Shown here: positions 46,713 to 54,564 of the stretch, piece by piece | Layout: each line of letters begins with the position of its first letter | Numbering within the stretch: position 1 is the first letter of the stretch | Assembly: GCA_037441675.1 (NCBI GenBank) | Contig: JBBIRS010000007.1 | Location: 32,001-96,000, forward strand | Reading direction: 5' to 3' | Source: Planctomycetales bacterium | GTDB lineage: Bacteria; 4484-113 | Length of the DNA stretch: 64,000 bases | The notes under the pieces: model-generated | The model's database searches: none | The model's input: only the letters and a program-made list of their open reading frames with translations | What the model was told of the DNA's origin: nothing | Made by a program: the position numbers and the translations under genes

Positions 46713-48918
46713 AGAAGTAGAAAAAATCCTATTCGGGTGCGATAAAACGAAATTCATAGTGGGCATTGACTATGATGAAAGGACAAGCGAGGCAAACACT
46801 TTTATTAAGTCAGAAAATAAATTGATAGCACAGAAGGAGAAGTTTTTTCCATTCCTTTTGGTAAATTCGGAGAAGTCTATTGAGCTTGCGGGCGTTCCAA
46901 AAGGAACTTTCCATCTTGAGGGCTTGCATGGCGATGATACATTTAAGCTACTCCTTCGCTTTGAGAATGTGAAGCATTACGAGGAGGCTTTATCAAAGCT
47001 ATCCGCCTACTACCGCAAGGAGAAGGATAACTTAACTGAAGAGCCATACCTGAATGTTGGCGACATAGCTCATCAGTATATGCTCCTTTCAGGAAAGACG
47101 CACTATCTTGGAATGGAGTGGGATGATATCAGCGAGCTTGACGTTGCAATTCGCTTGAATGTAAGTAGTGAGTTGGCAAATCCTATGAACCTGGAGCAGG
47201 CGATTATTGTTTTCGGAATGAGGCTAGGAAACAAAGAAATAATTCTTGATCTGGATAATTTTAGCGAGCCTGAGATGATACGAGAGTTCGTGAAGATTGT
47301 GGAGGAGTATGACCCGGATGTTATCTGCGGGCATAATTTATTCAAGTTCACGCTAAATTTCATAGCGGAGCGCGCTAAGCGATACAAGATTCCCCTTAAG
47401 CTTGGTCGCGGTGGTAGGGTCGCAGTAAGCGAGCGTTATCGTATGCCACTTGCGGAACGCAGACTTGAGTTTCCACGCATTCGTGCCTTCGGAAGAAGTC
47501 TCATTGATTCATGGATACTTGTGCAAACTTACGATATCTTCAAGCGGGAAATGGACAACTACGAACTTGCCTACTGCGCTGAGTATTTGGGAATTAGGAA
47601 TAGTATGCGCACTCCATTCACAGGTTCACTTATAGGAGACTCTTATACACAGCACCTGCCTAAACTCAAGGAGGATGTGGCTAAAGACTTGATAGACACA
47701 GCTCAAGTAGTGCGAACTTTAATTCCTACATTTTTCTACTTCTGCCAGATGCTTCCCTACACATTGGAAGAAACGGTCATCCGCGGAAACGCCACAAAGA
47801 TAAACAGCTTGTTTCTAAGGGAGTATTTGCGAAGGGGTGAATCTATTCCAGCTCCGATGGAGGCTCGCTGGTTCCCCGGCGGATTTACCGAGATTAGGAA
47901 AACAGGCGTGATTCGGCCAGTAATTAGCGCAGACGTTGCTAGCCTTTATCCGTCTTTGATACTAACGCACAAACTATTCCCAAAAGCGGATAGGCTTGGT
48001 CTATTTGAGAAAATCTTGAAGGAGTTGTTAGCCTTTCGCCTTGAAATTAAGGCTAAACTGAAGAAAATAAAATCTGAAGATAGCGAGTTTTATCGCCTTG
48101 AGGCGCGCCAGGGAACATTTAAGATAATCATCAATAGCTTCTACGGGTATCTTGGAACCGATAGGATGAACTTTGCGGACATTGATTCAGCGGAAAGAGT
48201 TACCGCCTTGGGACAGGAAGCCGTGAAGGGCATGGCTAAAATAATTGAGAATCTAGGCGCTGAAATCGTTGAGATTGACACGGATGGCATTTACCTGCGT
48301 CCGCCTGAGAAATTCATCGAAACTAACAATTACGAAGAGTTTATTGAGCTTATCAATATGGAAATGCCAGAAGGTATCACAGTTGAGCTTGGCGGCGTTT
48401 ATCCCGCGATGCTTTCGTACAAAGTCAAAAATTACGCTCTTCTTGCGGAAGATTCTCGCGTGATAATAAAGGGCAGTGGATTAAAGTCCCGCGGGCTTGA
48501 GCCTTACTTGAGAATGTTTATTGAATCCGCAGTTAGGCTCGTTCTTTTTGGTAAAGGGGGTGAGATTGATCAGCTTTATGAAGATTTCCGCAAACGACTG
48601 CGCGAAGGCGTTTTTTCGGTTTTTGAGCTTGCGAAGACCGAAACGCTTGTTGACAGTATTGAGACCTATGAGCGGAAAATCAAGACAACACGTAGAAATA
48701 GACAGGCTCAATATGAGGTCGCAAAACGAGCTTGTGTGCCAATGAAGCCGGGCGATTTTGTTACTTACTACATCACCGGAGATAGCCCGAAGGTCAAAGC
48801 CTATGAGGTCGCTAGGCATATAAACGAATTTAACCCCGAGATGCCTGATATCAACATAGCCTTCTATGAAAAACGGCTTGCGGAGACGTATAAGCGGGTA
48901 AAAGAGTTTGTGAGCTGA
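46705..48918 (+). CDS. polB: Family B DNA polymerase with a degenerate 3'-5' exonuclease domain
   Basis: DVASLYPS, KIIINSFYGY, EIDTDG, KNYA; start moved to ATG 46705, downstream of AGAGGA. Confidence 0.92.
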   Translation: MNEEVEKILFGCDKTKFIVGIDYDERTSEANTFIKSENKLIAQKEKFFPFLLVNSEKSIELAGVPKGTFHLEGLHGDDTFKLLLRFENVKHYEEALSKLSAYYRKEKDNLTEEPYLNVGDIAHQYMLLSGKTHYLGMEWDDISELDVAIRLNVSSELANPMNLEQAIIVFGMRLGNKEIILDLDNFSEPEMIREFVKIVEEYDPDVICGHNLFKFTLNFIAERAKRYKIPLKLGRGGRVAVSERYRMPLAERRLEFPRIRAFGRSLIDSWILVQTYDIFKREMDNYELAYCAEYLGIRNSMRTPFTGSLIGDSYTQHLPKLKEDVAKDLIDTAQVVRTLIPTFFYFCQMLPYTLEETVIRGNATKINSLFLREYLRRGESIPAPMEARWFPGGFTEIRKTGVIRPVISADVASLYPSLILTHKLFPKADRLGLFEKILKELLAFRLEIKAKLKKIKSEDSEFYRLEARQGTFKIIINSFYGYLGTDRMNFADIDSAERVTALGQEAVKGMAKIIENLGAEIVEIDTDGIYLRPPEKFIETNNYEEFIELINMEMPEGITVELGGVYPAMLSYKVKNYALLAEDSRVIIKGSGLKSRGLEPYLRMFIESAVRLVLFGKGGEIDQLYEDFRKRLREGVFSVFELAKTETLVDSIETYERKIKTTRRNRQAQYEVAKRACVPMKPGDFVTYYITGDSPKVKAYEVARHINEFNPEMPDINIAFYEKRLAETYKRVKEFVS

Positions 48919-49037
48919 GAGATGGGGGAAATGGGCGGTTTCGCGAAAGTCTGAGAGATGGAGCAAACGACGTAAGCAAGCTCGCCGACCTAAAAGGGCG
49001 GGCATACGATAGTTTTTATGTGAGCAGGGAATCGTTG

Positions 49038-50522
49038 TTAAAGAGTTATTCTTGGCTTGATGGCGATAATCGTTACATTGTCACTACCGCCCGCCTCTAA
49101 CGCGGTGGAAAAATATGCGCTCGCAAGTTCTTGTGCGGTTTCGCAGGTTTGCGTAATTTCTGCGAGCACACTTGGATGCACCAAGTCCGTAAGCCCATCG
49201 CTTGCTATAAGGAGAAATGAGTCAAGGGGTATTCGCAACTCAAACACGTCAGGTTTTATGTCATTTCCCGTTCCAATTGCCTGGCTAACGATGTTTTTCT
49301 GCGGATGGTGGAATGCTTCCTCATCGCTTATTTTGCCCAAGTCCACCAGCTCTTGAACGAGACTATGGTCTTTGGTAAGCGGAGCGTATCCGCCAAAGCC
49401 TACCTTGAACGTTCTTGAATCACCGACATTAAAGACAAAAGCGTCGATATCAAAAAGTGGTACTCCCGCTTCCATATCTCCGTCATAGCAAAGGAAGATG
49501 CCAGTAAGGGTGGTGCCCATATCGTAAAGTTCCGGGACTTTCTGGGAAATGGTGGTAACCTCTTCGTTTACAAATCTTATGTGCTGAGCCATTACTTCCG
49601 TTAACTTTCGCATCCTACCATCTTCTAATCCACTCGATAGAACCCAGAATGGAGAGTAGCACCTCAAAACCTCAAGAGAAAGCGCCGATGCCACTTCTCC
49701 GGCGTTGTGACCACCCATTCCATCCGCAACTGCTAATAACGAGAATGACTTTCCCGCGCCAAGAATGGAACTTGTTTCAACTAGAAGGGAATCTTCATTA
49801 TTCTTTCTAACCTTCCCAACATGCGTAAGTTTCGCTATTTCAAAGGTACAACGGAGATTGGAGAGAAGCTCACCGGCTTTCTCGGGATTTTCGTAACAGT
49901 CCTCAAAAACTTCTTCGCATACTTGATAATTATCTCCAAAAGCTTTCGCTTCGGAAATTCTTCGTTCAACCTCTTTTGCAAAAAACTCGGAAATTATTCG
50001 GACCAACTCATAACTCTTCGCCTGAACCTCCACTAGATTCTCCAGTGAGTAAAATCTAAGCGCACTTTTCTTGTGACCTTTGATGCCAGTTGGATTAACA
50101 TCCTTTAAGAAGAGTTTATTTATGTCTAGACTTTCAAAGCCCAAGCTTGCTTGAGCGAAAAGCTTTTCCTCAAGTTCAACTGTGAACTTTAAGATTGCCA
50201 GCATATCCGCAAGAGAAATTTCCTGAAGAGCGTTAATGAGCTTAGAATCAAAGTCTTCCGCGATGAAGCCTATTTCATCAAGCAGAAGCTCTTCTACGCC
50301 TGGAAGCAGATTGAGAGCATAATTTAGCCTTTTCTCAAGCTCGTTTTGCTTCAAGGTCAAAGCCTTACCTGCAAGCCATTTGACAAAACTTCTTTCACCT
50401 AGTCTAAATCTTGAGAGTCTCCCGCAATCCTCATCATAAATTATCTCCTCAGCTTGATGCGCTTCGTGGACTTCAACTTTAAGGAAGGGATCAGTCTTAT
50501 CAATATCCTTTTTTCTTTTCAT
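49038..50522 (-). CDS. PP2C/PrpC-type Ser/Thr phosphatase with a ~225-aa N-terminal extension
   Basis: VGKVRKNNED, VADGMGGHNAGEVAS, MGTT, NVGDSR, DHSLV, SDGL, GGSDNVT. Confidence 0.92.
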   Translation of the reverse strand: MKRKKDIDKTDPFLKVEVHEAHQAEEIIYDEDCGRLSRFRLGERSFVKWLAGKALTLKQNELEKRLNYALNLLPGVEELLLDEIGFIAEDFDSKLINALQEISLADMLAILKFTVELEEKLFAQASLGFESLDINKLFLKDVNPTGIKGHKKSALRFYSLENLVEVQAKSYELVRIISEFFAKEVERRISEAKAFGDNYQVCEEVFEDCYENPEKAGELLSNLRCTFEIAKLTHVGKVRKNNEDSLLVETSSILGAGKSFSLLAVADGMGGHNAGEVASALSLEVLRCYSPFWVLSSGLEDGRMRKLTEVMAQHIRFVNEEVTTISQKVPELYDMGTTLTGIFLCYDGDMEAGVPLFDIDAFVFNVGDSRTFKVGFGGYAPLTKDHSLVQELVDLGKISDEEAFHHPQKNIVSQAIGTGNDIKPDVFELRIPLDSFLLIASDGLTDLVHPSVLAEITQTCETAQELASAYFSTALEAGGSDNVTIIAIKPRITL

Positions 50523-50531
50523 CCTGTTAGC

Positions 50532-51599
50532 CTAGAACCAGTTACTTTTATAGAAAAAGTAAAGCAATAAACTAACCACTCCAATCATCACGCCATCTAA
50601 AATCCAAATGAGTGCATTTCCAAGAGTAGCCACACCGTGAAGATTGGGGAGATTCATCCCGTAAAATCCTGTAATAAAAGTGATGGGGAGGAAAATCGCC
50701 ATAACAATGGTAAGGACGCGCATAATTTCTTGAGAGCGCACGTTAACTATGTGGTCGTGGATCTGCAGGTTTTGGTTTAGAATTTCCCTCTCCTGCTCAT
50801 TGATGTGAAGAGCTTGTTCAAGGTGATTTATGAGAGTTCCGATGTATACCACAATTTCCTCACGTTCGCTTTCGGGTATTGGCAATGGTTCTTTGGGCTT
50901 TTCATAAAAATCTGAAAGCTCCGCTAGGATTTTCAGTTCCTCTGAAAAGGATTTTCTCATTAGGAGAATGTTATGCCTGAGCGCAATTACCTCTTCCATC
51001 GTGGAAAGTCCATAGCTACGCCTCAGCTTGACTCTAATGATTGGAAGTTTCAACTCTCGCTGGATAAGGAACTTGAACTCTATTTCATCTGCCCTCTTCT
51101 GAATGAGCACAAGCATCCTTAGGTAATCGTCAATTACCACATCCAGAATGTGGTAGAAAAAGATAATCGCCTTATCGTTAAAGTGGTAAAGGTCTTCGGG
51201 GATGTTGGTTTTGAATTGCGAAAGATAAGTTGGGATTGGGCTTCTATGCAAAGTCAAGACAAAGTTTTCACCCAAGTAGATGTTAAGTTCGCTCGCCTTG
51301 AAGTAAGCCTTTCTTGCCTCCCTGAAATAATGAATGATGAAGAACTTGTAGCCTCTCTCCTCTTCAACCTTGGGCTGATAAATGTCGGGGGTCACGCACT
51401 CTTCCACCGTTAGGGGGTGAAAGTCAAGCTTGTCTTTTAGAAGTTCCACTACCTGATTTACCGGCGCCCGATATAGATCAAAATCAAGCCATACAAATTC
51501 AGGTGAGCGGATTAGCTCTACCACTTCGTCAAAGGATTCAGGATTAACCTCTACGCACTCATTTCCAACAACTTTTAGACCACTTACAGGTATTTGCAC
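50532..51599 (-). CDS. corA: Magnesium/cobalt transporter CorA
   Basis: FVWLD, FHPLTVE, two C-terminal TM helices with the GFYGMN signature. Confidence 0.92.
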   Translation of the reverse strand: MQIPVSGLKVVGNECVEVNPESFDEVVELIRSPEFVWLDFDLYRAPVNQVVELLKDKLDFHPLTVEECVTPDIYQPKVEEERGYKFFIIHYFREARKAYFKASELNIYLGENFVLTLHRSPIPTYLSQFKTNIPEDLYHFNDKAIIFFYHILDVVIDDYLRMLVLIQKRADEIEFKFLIQRELKLPIIRVKLRRSYGLSTMEEVIALRHNILLMRKSFSEELKILAELSDFYEKPKEPLPIPESEREEIVVYIGTLINHLEQALHINEQEREILNQNLQIHDHIVNVRSQEIMRVLTIVMAIFLPITFITGFYGMNLPNLHGVATLGNALIWILDGVMIGVVSLLLYFFYKSNWF

Positions 51600-51677
51600 A
51601 CTGAAGATTGTAAAGTAAAATCATTACTTTAGGCAATTCTTGCGCACTTAATTTTGCTTTTCAAGGAGAACGAAGTT

Positions 51678-52226
51678 ATGGCAATATATGAGATAGATGG
51701 ACACAAGCCACAAATAGGCGAAGGGACATATATTCACGAGCTTGCCTGCGTTATTGGCAATGTGGTAATCGGCAAGGGCTGTTTTATTGGACCTGGCGCG
51801 GTAATCAGGGGAGATTACGGAAGGATAATAATCGGAGATGGGACAAGCGTGGAAGACAACGTCATAATTCACGCTCGTCCTGGCGAGATTACCACCCTTG
51901 GTGAGCATATCACTTTAGGTCATGGCTGTATCCTTCACAACTGCACCGTGGAGAGTTACGCGGTTATAGGCATGGGCGCAATAGTTTCAGATTGGGCGGT
52001 GGTACGGAAATGGGCAGTGGTTGCGGAGGGCGCGGTGGTTAAGAACGGTTTTGAAGTTCCTGAGGAGTGTATCGCGGTTGGTGTGCCGGCGAAGATACTT
52101 GAAACGAAAATATCCCAGGCTTACAAGGATGAATGGCTTCACTTTAAGCGCATTTACGTCCGTTTGGCTGGAAGGACTTACCCCGAGTCACTAAAACCTG
52201 TATCTCTACCGCTACCGATTGAATAA
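51678..52226 (+). CDS. Second gamma carbonic anhydrase family protein (PaaY/CaiE-like)
   Basis: MAIYEIDGHKP, GAVIRGDYG, GHGCILH, GVPAK; AAGGAG upstream of ATG 51678. Confidence 0.92.
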   Translation: MAIYEIDGHKPQIGEGTYIHELACVIGNVVIGKGCFIGPGAVIRGDYGRIIIGDGTSVEDNVIIHARPGEITTLGEHITLGHGCILHNCTVESYAVIGMGAIVSDWAVVRKWAVVAEGAVVKNGFEVPEECIAVGVPAKILETKISQAYKDEWLHFKRIYVRLAGRTYPESLKPVSLPLPIE

Positions 52227-52459
52227 GCTGGAATTAAGAAAGAGCGAAATATCCGCCAATTTTCAGAAATTTACTCTTGATAGATTGACAACTTCGCAAG
52301 TTACTGCGCTAATCTTGAATTTAGAGAATCACTTCTTGGTATAATTCTGTTTGCCAGGGAGAATTACACATACCTTGGGTATGAGGCATCCAGCTATTAT
52401 TTAGTTTAATTGAGTATGAACAGGAGGGAGGAAAGCTGGCGGATATAGAATACCGTCCG

Positions 52460-53149
52460 ATGGGGGAAGATTTTATCTTACCTGCATGTCCGGGTATACT
52501 TTTATCCGGACCGATTGATGTTGGCGATCCGAATTTACTCAAGATTGCGGAGGAGTTTGAATCCGAGTGTGGAGCCGAAAACGCTGATTTTTTCAGCTCC
52601 CGTGTAAAGGGCAATGAAACCTGCGCCATCCTCGCTTGGTCACGCTATTTGATAGTTGGAGCGGTAACCTTCTTTCCACAGATCGGCTTGCCACCCTTAA
52701 TCGGCAAGGTCTATGGCACTGATGAGTATCCCGAAAGTTGGTGGCGTGGCTTGGCATCCGATAGCACTACCTTAGTCGTGGGTTGCGTTACTGTTGCTAA
52801 GGGATATCGCGGTTTGGGTATAGCCAAAGGTCTTTGTAAAGAGATGATTTCCTGGGCGAGGAAGGGAAACTGGCGAAGATTACTCGTGACAGGGGTAAAT
52901 ACGGAGCTTGTAGGCTATAATTACCGTCTGGCGCTTCCATTTTGGGAAGATTTGGGGTTCAAAATAGTAAGGGCGAACAATAGGTCTCAGCTTCAGCCCG
53001 CCTGGGCAACTAAGATGAAAACTGAAATTCTAAAAAAACATGAAATGGGAGAGTACCTCATTGAAGGAATAGACTTTAGCATTCTGCTTAAGAGCATGGG
53101 CTGGGATGGTATCCTTGCAAGTTATGACCTGGAGCTGAAAATTGCATAA
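52460..53149 (+). CDS. GNAT family N-acetyltransferase
   Basis: Acetyl-CoA motif A VAKGYRGLGIAKGL and FWEDLGF; may start at CTG 52436. Confidence 0.8.
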   Translation: MGEDFILPACPGILLSGPIDVGDPNLLKIAEEFESECGAENADFFSSRVKGNETCAILAWSRYLIVGAVTFFPQIGLPPLIGKVYGTDEYPESWWRGLASDSTTLVVGCVTVAKGYRGLGIAKGLCKEMISWARKGNWRRLLVTGVNTELVGYNYRLALPFWEDLGFKIVRANNRSQLQPAWATKMKTEILKKHEMGEYLIEGIDFSILLKSMGWDGILASYDLELKIA

Positions 53150-54353
53150 CCACATTTCCATCCATGAAAAAACGAAACATTACAGCTTTATTCCGCCTGT
53201 GACACAACTGCGTGGAATACGCAACTGGCAAACCACTATGGCTCTTGGATTCTTGGTATGGCTCGCGCTTTTCATCGTTGAAAGGGTTGGCAAAATCCCA
53301 GAGCATCCGCCTATTTCCATTGAGTGGCTCCTTGTTGCGGTTAATATGCTCATCGGAGTTCTTTTAGTTCACGGCACTTGCGAATCTCTCATCGCAGGCT
53401 CTCAAGGTCTTGCAAGCATCTACCGATGGGATACTTTTATCGCTGGAACTATTACTGAAATTCTTACCCTGCTCCCTGAGCTTGCAATTATATTTTTTCT
53501 CGTTAAGGTTAATCCATACTTGACTTTCCTCGTGACTGCGGCGGCTATCTACAACAACGCTTTAGCGTTCAGCGTATATTCATTCTTTCTGCCAAAGGAT
53601 TTGCGGGGAAGGTATCTAATGCCAGAACCGATTACGAAAGCTGGAACTGAAGTACTAATAGCGGGAAGCGGTATGGCGCTGGTAATTGGATTTGTTATGA
53701 TTGTTTTTGGTCATAACGGTAAAGGCGCAGTCCTTCGGGAGATTGACCTTATCTTTATCGGAGCAGCGCTTTTAGTTGTTTTTGCATCTTACCTTCATAC
53801 CCTTATGCGCTATTATTCAAAGGCTAAGGAAGAATACCCCACAGAGAAAGAAAGTGTAACCTTTTCTATGAGTCTGCCAAAGGCGATTACACTTTTGTTT
53901 TTTGGTGTCCTTGGTGCATGGGTTGGCGGAGAGGCGGTGAGTAAAGTTGGTGATACCCTTGTGAACGTTTTGAATATACCGTTAATCCCTACCGCAATTC
54001 TTATTGCTTTATTTGGCGCCTTTGATGAATACGTCGTTATTATTCAATCCCACAAGCAAAAGATGATGGGGATAGCCCTATCAAATGTCTTTGGCGGGAT
54101 AACTCAGATTATGTTTCTCGTTATGCCTTTCACTTTAATCGCCATTGGCGTAAGCGGGCTTCTTGGAATTGTTGAGGGCTCTTTGCCTATCAATTTCGCC
54201 ACTACCCTTGTGATAGTTCTTCTCTTCCCCGTTCTTTTCGTTTTATTTGAATACTTAGAGGAAGACCATACGCTAAACAACCTAGATGCGGCTGGAATGC
54301 TTGCCATATTTGTTCTGATTCTATATGCGCTCCTGTTTATGAGTGGAGTGTAA
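53142..54353 (+). CDS. Ca2+/cation antiporter (CaCA) family membrane protein
   Basis: About 10 TM helices in two repeats, with alpha-repeat-like TLLPEL..YNNAL and AFDEY..ALSNVFGG. Start uncertain. Confidence 0.75.
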   Translation: MHNHISIHEKTKHYSFIPPVTQLRGIRNWQTTMALGFLVWLALFIVERVGKIPEHPPISIEWLLVAVNMLIGVLLVHGTCESLIAGSQGLASIYRWDTFIAGTITEILTLLPELAIIFFLVKVNPYLTFLVTAAAIYNNALAFSVYSFFLPKDLRGRYLMPEPITKAGTEVLIAGSGMALVIGFVMIVFGHNGKGAVLREIDLIFIGAALLVVFASYLHTLMRYYSKAKEEYPTEKESVTFSMSLPKAITLLFFGVLGAWVGGEAVSKVGDTLVNVLNIPLIPTAILIALFGAFDEYVVIIQSHKQKMMGIALSNVFGGITQIMFLVMPFTLIAIGVSGLLGIVEGSLPINFATTLVIVLLFPVLFVLFEYLEEDHTLNNLDAAGMLAIFVLILYALLFMSGV

Positions 54354-54564
54354 ACTCAATCTTTCGAAGAGAAAGATACAGCAATTTTGATGAGGGAGTT
54401 TAAGGCAGTGGAAAATTAGCCAGATATGTATCGGTAGCAAACTAAATCAAACCTTGAAGAGCTAGAAAGTCGCAGGTTTTACCGAAGATGGATGCATCAG
54501 CTAAAGTAGCGATAGTCAATTTCCATTAGAGAGCAAAATCACCTTGAGTAAAGGTTGAATGGTT

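Noticed and set aside
34386..48918. Prophage or plasmid replication module (RNRs plus PolB)
   Set aside because: No integrase, capsid, terminase, primase or att sites; genes are interleaved with housekeeping genes and show no obvious compositional shift.
33581..52226. Two gamma-carbonic-anhydrase-like paralogs as a novel system
   Set aside because: They are 18 kb apart in unrelated contexts, and multiple YrdA/PaaY/CaiE paralogs are common.
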